A stretch of DNA of 35,883 bases, taken from Bacteriovoracaceae bacterium (GTDB lineage Bacteria; Bdellovibrionota; UBA2394). The stretch covers positions 1-35,883 of the forward strand of contig JBEIHI010000002.1 of the NCBI GenBank assembly GCA_040381435.1, given 5' to 3'. A program made the position numbers and the translations under genes. The notes under the pieces are model-generated. The model had not been told where the DNA came from, made no database searches, and saw nothing but the letters and a program-made list of their open reading frames with translations. Shown here piece by piece: positions 8,782 through 16,223 of this stretch; the stretch's first letter is position 1; each line of letters begins with the position of its first letter.

Positions 8782-10125
8782 ATGAAGCGCAGGTCGACGA
8801 GCCATTTCAGGGATTGCTCTTCGTTGCTTTTGCCCCCCGCACCATCACGTCCGACCAATGATATTATAGAGGGAGTGAGCGACGGGACACCCTACAGATT
8901 ACTAGGACTGGAATCAGACTCAACGTCAACGCAGCTGTCCTGTCTCGATCTTCGAGAGTCACTGATGATTCGAGATGGATCGAAACAAATCATCAACCTT
9001 GATGATTGGCCCATTTTAATCTTTCTCAAAGGTTTCGGCTGTTCAAAGATCGAGTTTCGAACCCGAGACATAAACTTGATTGATGCATGGTCGGCACGAA
9101 TATTAAGTTATGAGCAATCCTACCTGTCCGATCCAGACAGTGTAAAAGTAGATGAGTGCCACTGGGATGAGGTCGATCCTCACTCCGGAATCGCACTCAT
9201 CCAATGCTTCTTTGAACGGATAGAGAGTTTCCGAGCCAATCAGATGGCTCAACCCGCGGTGCCCCTCATGGAGGGACCGATTGGAGTTCCTTCATCAGCA
9301 GCGCTCAACTTCATGCGAGAGTTAGAAACGGAGAGTCCGATCGACACACTTCATCGGTTCACGCTCATCCTTAATGAGTATCGAAGTTATGGTCTTATCA
9401 AAGACTCAAAAACATGGTCTCTCCTGATCGGCGATGTCATGGCCGTTTGCCTTGAATATGGACAGATCAATAAGGCGAAGCAGATCGCTGAAGAGCATCG
9501 AGAAGCTCTTTCAGCTTATTGGACCGATGTTCAGCGAACGTCTCGCCTTCTCGCTTCCTACGATCCAAAAGTCTTTGAGCTCAACCACTGGATGAAAATC
9601 TTTGAAACAATTCCCTCCTCGAGACTGATCGGAATGCTCGAATCCTTGCTGACAACCCCTGCAGGTCCACAGACGCTAAAACTTATCAGTGCGCGTACTC
9701 ATGAAAATCCTGATGAGATGATCGAGATTTGCTTTCACTCAGACTCGGCGATCCAAAAACTGCTTCTGCAGTGGCTCTTGCCGCACTGGCGTCCAGCTCA
9801 CTTTGAGAAGATTCTCAATAATCTCCATCAAAGTAAAAAGAGAAAAGATGGGCCCGAGATTCAGCGGTTGTGGATATTGGCACTCGTTCGATCTTCCAGT
9901 CGAAATGCTTACGACGAGCTCTATGAGTTTTTTAAGCCCAAACTATTGATATGGGGAAGCTCACATCCTCAAAAGAAATTGCAAAAACTGATCCTTCAAA
10001 CTCTCGGGGAGAATCCAAACTCTGAAACACGAGAATTTATGAAGAGGATACTAAAGTTTCTCAAAGGGGATCTCGCTCAATACGCGGAGCAAATCATTCA
10101 AGGACAAGGGAGAATTGGCGGATGA
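8782..10125 (+). CDS. Hypothetical, mostly alpha-helical protein (no domain recognised)
   Basis: This is a 447-aa ORF. Its stop overlaps the start of the HD-GYP gene as ATGA. The start is uncertain, because only 19 nt separate it from the divergent pyrF start. In-frame alternatives are GTG 8875 and ATG 8965. Confidence 0.6.
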   Translation: MKRRSTSHFRDCSSLLLPPAPSRPTNDIIEGVSDGTPYRLLGLESDSTSTQLSCLDLRESLMIRDGSKQIINLDDWPILIFLKGFGCSKIEFRTRDINLIDAWSARILSYEQSYLSDPDSVKVDECHWDEVDPHSGIALIQCFFERIESFRANQMAQPAVPLMEGPIGVPSSAALNFMRELETESPIDTLHRFTLILNEYRSYGLIKDSKTWSLLIGDVMAVCLEYGQINKAKQIAEEHREALSAYWTDVQRTSRLLASYDPKVFELNHWMKIFETIPSSRLIGMLESLLTTPAGPQTLKLISARTHENPDEMIEICFHSDSAIQKLLLQWLLPHWRPAHFEKILNNLHQSKKRKDGPEIQRLWILALVRSSSRNAYDELYEFFKPKLLIWGSSHPQKKLQKLILQTLGENPNSETREFMKRILKFLKGDLAQYAEQIIQGQGRIGG

Positions 10126-10982
10126 GTCGCGCAATTCAACGAGATGTCCTCTCCATCTTCGACTGCAATGTCCCCGACTTTGAAAGAGAGTTTGAAACAC
10201 TGTCACTGATTCGGAAGTACGATGAGTATACGTATCTTCATTCGTTGAACGTCGCTCGCCTATCTATTGCGCTCGGAAAGCGCCTCGGGTTGGAAGGGCC
10301 ACATCTAGCTGAGCTGGGATGGGCTGCTCTCTTGCACGACATCGGCAAACTCCATGTTCCTCTTGAGGTTTTGAACAAGGCTCATAAATTCACGGCGAAC
10401 GAGTTAGCCATCATGCAATCGCACCCCGCCGAGGCCCTTGCAGCATTTGCCAAGAATCAACCCGTCACTCTCCAAGGGCTAAGACGCCTCAGCGCAGCTT
10501 TCGAGCACCATCAGCGATTTGATTTGAAGGGCTATCCAACGGTAAGTAGAAAGCTTCATCTTCACCCCTTCAGTCGAATTGTTGCCATCGCAGACACCTT
10601 TGATGCCATGACTACGGATCGAATCTATCAGCGTCGCGTACTTCCGGATGTCGCTTTAAAGATCATGTCTCAGGGATTTGGAACAATTTTCGATCCAACG
10701 CTTTTGCAAGCTTTTGTCACCGCAATGGGAGCTTATCCCGTTGGAAGCCTAGTCGTTTTGAGCGATCAATCGATGGCGGTTGTCATTCGTTACCCAGACA
10801 ACAGCGCGCTGGATCGCCCCGAGCTGGTACGCGTGATTCCGCAGGAACACAATTCGATTAACCTCATGGATCCGCAGTTCCGAGAACTGAAGATTATTCG
10901 ATCAGCGTTTCCCGAAGATCACGATATTGAACCCTTTGCCGTTGTGGCTCTCTGGCGAAACCGAGCATCTGCAAAAACCTAA
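10122..10982 (+). CDS. HD-GYP domain phosphodiesterase (probable c-di-GMP PDE), no N-terminal sensor or receiver domain
   Basis: The 286-aa product carries HSLNVARLS, LLHDIGK, HHQRFDLKGYP and IADTFDAMTTDRIYQ, which are the HD-GYP hallmarks. Confidence 0.85.
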   Translation: MSRAIQRDVLSIFDCNVPDFEREFETLSLIRKYDEYTYLHSLNVARLSIALGKRLGLEGPHLAELGWAALLHDIGKLHVPLEVLNKAHKFTANELAIMQSHPAEALAAFAKNQPVTLQGLRRLSAAFEHHQRFDLKGYPTVSRKLHLHPFSRIVAIADTFDAMTTDRIYQRRVLPDVALKIMSQGFGTIFDPTLLQAFVTAMGAYPVGSLVVLSDQSMAVVIRYPDNSALDRPELVRVIPQEHNSINLMDPQFRELKIIRSAFPEDHDIEPFAVVALWRNRASAKT

Positions 10983-11041
10983 GCCATTCAGAGTCTTAGA
11001 CCCCCCTTTTGAGCGGATCACTCCAGTGCTAAAAGGCGCGC

Positions 11042-12868
11042 ATGATTCGACCTCGCGCTCGCCTTTGTTACGGGCCACTTTCTATTGTTTTGTCATTTTA
11101 TGTGGGCTCCTGTGGAGGCTCAGCACCTTCGCATCTAGAAAATGTTTTCGGGGCTCAGGGCGATTCGTATTGCGAATCTCTCAACCGAGCAGTGCAGTAT
11201 TCAATTCAATCACACCTCTCCGCTTCAGAAGAGGACCTACCTCAACTCTATCGGGATGCTATGAGTGCCACACTGATGATCGCCATGCCAATCATCAATA
11301 AAAAGGCTTCACGGAAAATTTGGTCTGAAGTGTTTCACGACGGAGCAGGACCTGATCATCAACGCCTTTCAAATTGCCAGGACTTGGCAATCATCGCTCG
11401 ACTAAGGGCCGAAAACCCAATCTTCCAAGGCGTGCACAACAGTGACTCCACCATTTTGAAAAGTGAGTGGCCGCCCCATGCTAGTTATGCGGCCATTTTT
11501 ACCGCTGAAGATGCGAGATCGAGATTCAATCTGGCTCCATCTGACTCAATTTTTAAAATTTTTCTGTTAGCTTTTGTCTCAAGGCTAGATTTTTTCAGTC
11601 GATTCTCCTCTGGTTCAGTGAATGGCTTTTACTCATTTGGCGTCCGATTTGCGATCGAAGCTCAAGCAGCCTACGGACTTCCTCTTGGAGACTCAATCAC
11701 CGTTGAAGCCACCGCCCCCCAGATCAATTCACTGAGTCCTGGCGATCAGATCACGGCTCTCAAAATCGGAGGAATCTGGCAGGAGATTCGAGGAATGAGT
11801 GCCGATTTTTTAAAACGATCTCTTTATGCAAGCGAGGAAAAATCAATCACTCTTCGAGTGCTTTCAAAGCCCGATGATTTATCGTCTCCTCGCAAGGAAA
11901 TCACCTTATCCGGAATCAAAGTGGAGGATTTTGAAAAATCGGAGCCCCTTGTGCGGGGAGACCTTTTTGGTGATGCAGCTTTGATTCGAATATTTAAATT
12001 TCAAGCTGGCACCACTGATCAGTTGATTCAAGAAATTTGGAGAATTCAAAACAATTGGGAGAAAAGCAACGCTTCAGCCAGTCTCACGGAGGAGAAGCCC
12101 CAGAGTCTTTCGATCATCCTCGACCTTCAGTTTAATCCCGGAGGGTCTCTCGATGAAGCCCTCAGTCTTTTGGGTTTGTTTTTGCCGTATCAAAAAATGG
12201 GAACACTCGAGACAAAAAACTCATCGACGGACTTGTATCCGACTCCATCATCTCATCGCTTTACGAATCCGCTTTTTGTCATCGTGAACCATGCGTCAGC
12301 CTCAGCCTCAGAGCTGGTTTCCCAGATACTCCAAGAAAGTGGCCGAGCGATTGTTTTGGGTGAAAGATCGTTTGGGAAAGGAATTGGCCAACAGTCAGTT
12401 TCGCTTGGAGTCGGCTCGGCATTTGATGGAGTGATTCAACTAACGACCTTTCGATTTTTTGGCCCAAGCGGCAGGAGCATACAGATGAAAGGTGTCATCC
12501 CCGATCTTGAAGTTGTGAATTCAGATTGGAGAAAATGGCGAGACGAAGCTGCTCAACGTTGCAATCCAGAGGATCAATCAACCCTTAAAAGCTATTGCTT
12601 TCAACGAATGGAGGATTTGCCAAGATATCTGGGACCAGGGCGATCAATTCCTGCAACTGACTTTGGATCATCACAGACGATCGGTGTGAAGTCAGAACAA
12701 TCCCAAAGAGCTGCCGAACTTAGCAAGTGGGCCGACGTGAACTTTGAAAATCAGACTCCCTCGTGGCGAGATACTGAATCTGTTTTTCTGCGAGAAAACA
12801 CAGTCAGCATGAGAGCAGTGGACATAGCAAATCTCTGGCTTCAGGAACAAGTGAACCCCAAGAACTGA
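11042..12868 (+). CDS. S41-family C-terminal processing peptidase, probable lipoprotein
   Basis: The 608-aa product has a signal or lipobox-like N-terminus (LSFYVGSC) and a PDZ-like segment (LSPGDQITALKIGG). The S41 core reads DLQFNPGGSLDEA, NHASASASELV (Ser nucleophile) and ERSFGKGIGQ (Lys). Confidence 0.85.
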   Translation: MIRPRARLCYGPLSIVLSFYVGSCGGSAPSHLENVFGAQGDSYCESLNRAVQYSIQSHLSASEEDLPQLYRDAMSATLMIAMPIINKKASRKIWSEVFHDGAGPDHQRLSNCQDLAIIARLRAENPIFQGVHNSDSTILKSEWPPHASYAAIFTAEDARSRFNLAPSDSIFKIFLLAFVSRLDFFSRFSSGSVNGFYSFGVRFAIEAQAAYGLPLGDSITVEATAPQINSLSPGDQITALKIGGIWQEIRGMSADFLKRSLYASEEKSITLRVLSKPDDLSSPRKEITLSGIKVEDFEKSEPLVRGDLFGDAALIRIFKFQAGTTDQLIQEIWRIQNNWEKSNASASLTEEKPQSLSIILDLQFNPGGSLDEALSLLGLFLPYQKMGTLETKNSSTDLYPTPSSHRFTNPLFVIVNHASASASELVSQILQESGRAIVLGERSFGKGIGQQSVSLGVGSAFDGVIQLTTFRFFGPSGRSIQMKGVIPDLEVVNSDWRKWRDEAAQRCNPEDQSTLKSYCFQRMEDLPRYLGPGRSIPATDFGSSQTIGVKSEQSQRAAELSKWADVNFENQTPSWRDTESVFLRENTVSMRAVDIANLWLQEQVNPKN

Positions 12869-12940
12869 GGAGGAGATTCCCTATTCATCGGGGGACCATC
12901 GACAAAACCCCTCGCGGACGGCTTTACGCATTCAAAAGCT

Positions 12941-12956
12941 CGGCATGGTTTTTGCG
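12941..12956 (+). promoter_or_regulatory. Candidate sigma54 (-24/-12) promoter P1 upstream of the Cys-rich protein gene
   Basis: The sequence is CGGCATGgtttTTGCG, with GG (12942-43) and GC (12954-55) at the canonical 10-nt spacing of TGGCACG-N4-TTGCW. The predicted +1 is near 12967, just before RBS GAAGAGG (12968-74) and ATG 12982. Confidence 0.4.
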
Positions 12957-12978
12957 ATGAAGAAGTTGAAGAGGTGCT

Positions 12979-13515
12979 TTGATGCAGAGGTTGATTGTTG
13001 CTTTCATTGGATTTTCGGTATTCATCACAAGTCAAACGCAAGCCGCTAGACTAAACATTTATAAGGACATTGAAGAACAGTCAGAAATGCTTGAATGCGA
13101 TATCTTTGATTGGTTCCGAAGCTGTAAGCAGCCATCTGCGACTAGCTCAGCATCGGGATACTCGGGCTTCATTACCAACGGAAGTCGTGACACTGCAGAG
13201 TACATAGCAAAAAATTCGGCGCGGGATATGGCCTGCGATCAAGCGCGGGAAAAGGCAAAGGCCCTTGTGCCCGAGTGCCAATCGGGATGCTACTCACGAT
13301 TCTTTGTTCTTGAGGCCTGCAAGTTCACGGACGAAGCGATCATCTCTGGGGAAGGCGAAGCTGACGAGTGGTTTGAAGCCTGTCGCTTGAAGTTTCCCAA
13401 CTCAACAGAATGCGATGAATACAATTCAGGTCAACAGTTTTGGGCGGTCGTCAAAGTCAATGCATCGGCTCAAGTCTCCCGTCTCTGCGAGAAAGAGACG
13501 AATCGCTGTCAGTAA
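12979..13515 (+). CDS. Orphan secreted cysteine-rich protein (10 Cys in the mature part)
   Basis: The product is 178 aa. The probable true start is ATG 12982, 7 nt after GAAGAGG. The signal peptide is MQRLIVAFIGFSVFITSQTQA. Ten Cys residues are spread over about 155 residues. I recognise no family. Confidence 0.7.
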   Translation: MMQRLIVAFIGFSVFITSQTQAARLNIYKDIEEQSEMLECDIFDWFRSCKQPSATSSASGYSGFITNGSRDTAEYIAKNSARDMACDQAREKAKALVPECQSGCYSRFFVLEACKFTDEAIISGEGEADEWFEACRLKFPNSTECDEYNSGQQFWAVVKVNASAQVSRLCEKETNRCQ

Positions 13516-13647
13516 GCTGTGCATAAACACAGCTTGAAAAGCAAAGATTGCAGAAAATGTCCTCGCTCGCCTTGCAAGTTTTGCAGACCCATCCCCTTCT
13601 AGTCCCTTAAACCCCAAGAAAGTCGGGAACTTGCTAACGCTGCGGGA

Positions 13648-13663
13648 TGGCATCCGCCTTGCA
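13648..13663 (+). promoter_or_regulatory. Candidate sigma54 (-24/-12) promoter P2 in the ORF-free gap
   Basis: The sequence is TGGCATCcgccTTGCA. It differs from the TGGCACG-N4-TTGCW consensus only at two positions (TC in place of the final CG of TGGCACG). The GG-N10-GC spacing is exact. The predicted +1 is near 13674. Confidence 0.5.
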
Positions 13664-13673
13664 ACTTCTGAAA

Positions 13674-13771
13674 GCAACCTGGGCCAAAGGCTCAGGTGTT
13701 ACCCCTAACTCTTATTACTCCCTAGGTGCCGTTGTGAGTTTCTCCCTTAGCTCACAACGGCCTTTTTCTTT
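13674..13771 (+). ncRNA. Candidate ~100-nt small RNA (sigma54 promoter to intrinsic terminator)
   Basis: No ATG lies between the predicted +1 and the terminator. The 5' stem-loop is CCTGGGCC-AAA-GGCTCAGG (13678-13696). A single-stranded linker carries ACCCCTAAC and CTCCCTAGG. The terminator loop carries CTCCCTTAG. Confidence 0.35.
13728..13771 (+). terminator. Rho-independent terminator
   Basis: The stem GCCGTTGTGAG / CTCACAACGGC is a perfect 11 bp with a 12-nt loop. It is followed by CTTTTTCTTTCT. Confidence 0.75.
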
Positions 13772-13836
13772 CTCCGCCCCGCAGCATCTGAGAACAAGCC
13801 TCTAATGGCCCTATAAGCGCGTCAAACCCGCCTCAA

Positions 13837-15666
13837 TTGTGGTATGGCGCAATCCGACGTAAAATGGTGTTAGGGTTCGTTGGGTATTTGGGGAGGACGA
13901 CTTTGCGCATTCGATTGCTAGGCTGTGCTGTCACTATCGCTGTCGCGATTCCATTGGTTTTTGCGAAGGCGAATTTTCATAACGACAACGCCGAATCCCA
14001 AAAGTACTACCATTTCATTTTAGGAACTCTGGCGAGTTTAGAGAAAGATCCTCGAGCAGCATTGGAGCATTTCAGAAGCGCCTATCATTTGGACCCCTCC
14101 TCGACGACACTACTGCTTAAACAGGCTCAAGAACTTGTGGAGATGGGTCAAATCGAAGCGGCCAAATCTCTTATTGAAAACATCGCGCCCCTCCAAAGTG
14201 AGAATGTAGACTTCCACTTACTTGTTTCACGAATTGCAGCACAAGAGCTCGATATGAAACGGGCTCTTGAAGCTATGGATCAAGCGACAAGTCTCTATCG
14301 GGATGACGGTAACTTTATGAAGGTGAGAGAGATGATTCTCTCAAAAGTTGCTTTACTTGCAGATTTCAAAATGTACGAAGAGTGCATCTCTACTTTGGAG
14401 GCCTACCTCAAGGGTGACCCTAATGATGAGATCGCGCATTACTTTCTAGGAAAAGTTCACAGCATTTTTCAAAATCGAGAGGCAGCTAAAAAGTCATTTC
14501 GACGTGCTCTTGAGATTCGACCGGACTTCAATGCGGCGGCAAGATCTCTTGGCCTTCAATTGGAGCTTGAAGGAAACATTAAGGAAGCCTTCAAAGTTTA
14601 CCAAACTGCTGTGGAAAGCGGATCGGCAGATGAGGAGCTCTATCAAAAACTAGTTAACCTTGCTCTGATTGTGGAAGACTTTCCAACAGCTCTTCACTAT
14701 CTGAAACTTTATTTAGCACTCAATCCGTCTGACTCAGCGAGCCGTCTTCGAGCCGCACTGATTCACTTCAAGCTTGAACAATATGAAGAGGCACAGAAGC
14801 TGTTTGTGACCTTAAAGACGAGTCAGGATGTTGCTCAAGACCGAATCTCATTTTATCTGGGCGCTGTCCTTGTCGAGCTCAATGAGTTTCAAAAGGCTGT
14901 GGTGGAATACAAACTTGTCGGCCCTGACTCCGATTACTTTCAGGAGGCTGTGCTTGAAACAGCATTGCTGCTCAATCAGCGATTGAACAAACCGCAAGAA
15001 GCTCTCGATGTCCTTAAAGCAGCATACAATCTGCGGAATCAAGAGCCTGAGATAGTACTGGCGCTAGCTCAGCAATTTGATCGAATGAATCACATTCCTG
15101 AAGGCTTAAAGCTGCTTTCGAAGGCTGCCAGTGAAATCAAAGATCATGAAAAGATTTTGTTTATGCTGGGAGTTTTTCAGGACAAATCAGGAAGTTTTGA
15201 CGCGGCCGTTGGCACCATGAGAAAGGTGATTCAAATCAATCCCAACAATCCGCACGCGCTCAATCATATCGGCTACAGTTTTGTGGATCGGGGAACTAAC
15301 CTTTCGGAAGCCGAGACGCTGCTGACAAAGGCGGCACAACTCGCTCCAGACAATGGTTTCATTGTTGATTCTCTGGGATGGCTTTACTTTAAACTGGGCA
15401 AATACAGCAAAGCCGCGAAGCTTCTCGAGCGAGCCAATCAGCTATCGCCAGGACAAGTCGTTATTCTAGAACATCTTGCAGACACTTACAAAAAGATGGG
15501 GCGAGACCGAGAAGCTCTTGCGGTGTACAGACAGATCATGGAGTGGTCAAAAGTGAACTCTCCGGATACTCTGACTAGCAATGAACAGATGGATGCAGAG
15601 ACCCAAGCGGTTCAAGACAGAGTACGCACCAAGATTGTCTCTCTGGATTCAACTCATTCTAACTAG
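13837..15666 (+). CDS. Tetratricopeptide-repeat (TPR) protein with N-terminal signal or anchor
   Basis: The product is 609 aa from the track start TTG 13837. TPR-like helices run throughout (for example ALEHFRSAYHLDP, AKKSFRRALEIRPDF, AAKLLERANQLSP). TTG 13903, preceded by GGGGAGG, would give MRIRLLGCAVTIAVAIPLVFAKA and is the more likely start. Confidence 0.85.
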   Translation: MWYGAIRRKMVLGFVGYLGRTTLRIRLLGCAVTIAVAIPLVFAKANFHNDNAESQKYYHFILGTLASLEKDPRAALEHFRSAYHLDPSSTTLLLKQAQELVEMGQIEAAKSLIENIAPLQSENVDFHLLVSRIAAQELDMKRALEAMDQATSLYRDDGNFMKVREMILSKVALLADFKMYEECISTLEAYLKGDPNDEIAHYFLGKVHSIFQNREAAKKSFRRALEIRPDFNAAARSLGLQLELEGNIKEAFKVYQTAVESGSADEELYQKLVNLALIVEDFPTALHYLKLYLALNPSDSASRLRAALIHFKLEQYEEAQKLFVTLKTSQDVAQDRISFYLGAVLVELNEFQKAVVEYKLVGPDSDYFQEAVLETALLLNQRLNKPQEALDVLKAAYNLRNQEPEIVLALAQQFDRMNHIPEGLKLLSKAASEIKDHEKILFMLGVFQDKSGSFDAAVGTMRKVIQINPNNPHALNHIGYSFVDRGTNLSEAETLLTKAAQLAPDNGFIVDSLGWLYFKLGKYSKAAKLLERANQLSPGQVVILEHLADTYKKMGRDREALAVYRQIMEWSKVNSPDTLTSNEQMDAETQAVQDRVRTKIVSLDSTHSN

Positions 15667-16210
15667 TCTTTGTTTCTCCGCATGTGCTGCTCATCGCACG
15701 ATCGTTGATTGGTCCCCTTTCGAGCAGAATAACCGAGTGACTGCCTACCAATCGTGCGAAGCTCGAGGCTGGTTAAGACTCAATGATACCCAAGAGTCAT
15801 TTCGAACAGATTTCAAAATGAGATTTTCAGATAAGATTACTCAAGAGTCTCTTGCATTGGCACTACTCAATCCTTTTGGCCAGACATCAGGACGTATTGT
15901 GATCTCCAAGAATCCTACTTTGGGGACCACGACTTTGGATGGGAGCGAGGAGATACTTCATCATCCTCTGTTTGCGGAAATGAAGCGCATCGATTGGTCC
16001 GAGGAGTTAAGATTCGTGTTTGGACTCCCCCTCAGAGGGAAGACCTCACGGATTTTATGGAGTCCCAGCACTGGCCAGCAGAAGCTTGTAAGACCGGATG
16101 GACGTCAGTGGATATGTGAGTTTAAGGATTCCAAACCTCATGAGTGCAGCGTTGATTCGAACTGGGGGCGAGCGGAACTCAATTTTACTTCCGTACACTG
16201 TATGGAATGA
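15581..16210 (+). CDS. LolB/DUF4292-like outer-membrane lipoprotein
   Basis: The lipobox is LTSLCFSAC. At about 190 aa the mature size is LolB-like, with the segments LALLNPFGQTSGRIVI and LRFVFGLPLRG. It sits directly after a TPR protein. The track start overlaps the TPR gene by 86 nt. ATG 15593 or TTG 15635 are alternative starts. Confidence 0.5.
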   Translation: MNRWMQRPKRFKTEYAPRLSLWIQLILTSLCFSACAAHRTIVDWSPFEQNNRVTAYQSCEARGWLRLNDTQESFRTDFKMRFSDKITQESLALALLNPFGQTSGRIVISKNPTLGTTTLDGSEEILHHPLFAEMKRIDWSEELRFVFGLPLRGKTSRILWSPSTGQQKLVRPDGRQWICEFKDSKPHECSVDSNWGRAELNFTSVHCME

Positions 16211-16223
16211 ATATGATGACACT

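Noticed and set aside
8782-9060. A possible PilZ domain (RxxxR ... D/NxSxxG) at the N-terminus of the 447-aa protein, considered given the c-di-GMP context.
   Set aside because: KRRSTSHFR and DGSKQI do not satisfy the spacing or the terminal Gly of the PilZ motifs. There is no support for the assignment.
13514-13535. An 8-bp hairpin AAGCTGTG-cataaa-CACAGCTT that starts within the stop codon of the Cys-rich gene, considered as its terminator.
   Set aside because: No U-tract follows (GAAAAGCAAAG), so it is not a canonical intrinsic terminator. It may stabilise the mRNA 3' end, but I cannot support a call. The strong terminator is at 13728-13771.
13561-13577. The first copy of CGCCTTGCAA, considered as a third sigma54 promoter.
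   Set aside because: The -24 position reads CCTCGC with no GG dinucleotide, so it fails the invariant GG-N10-GC rule. It is kept only as a repeat observation.
13426-13677. An 83-aa minus-strand ORF covering the ORF-free gap.
   Set aside because: It overlaps the 3' end of the Cys-rich gene and both repeat elements. It has no RBS and a low-complexity, Arg-rich translation. Its start sits on promoter P2. It was judged spurious.
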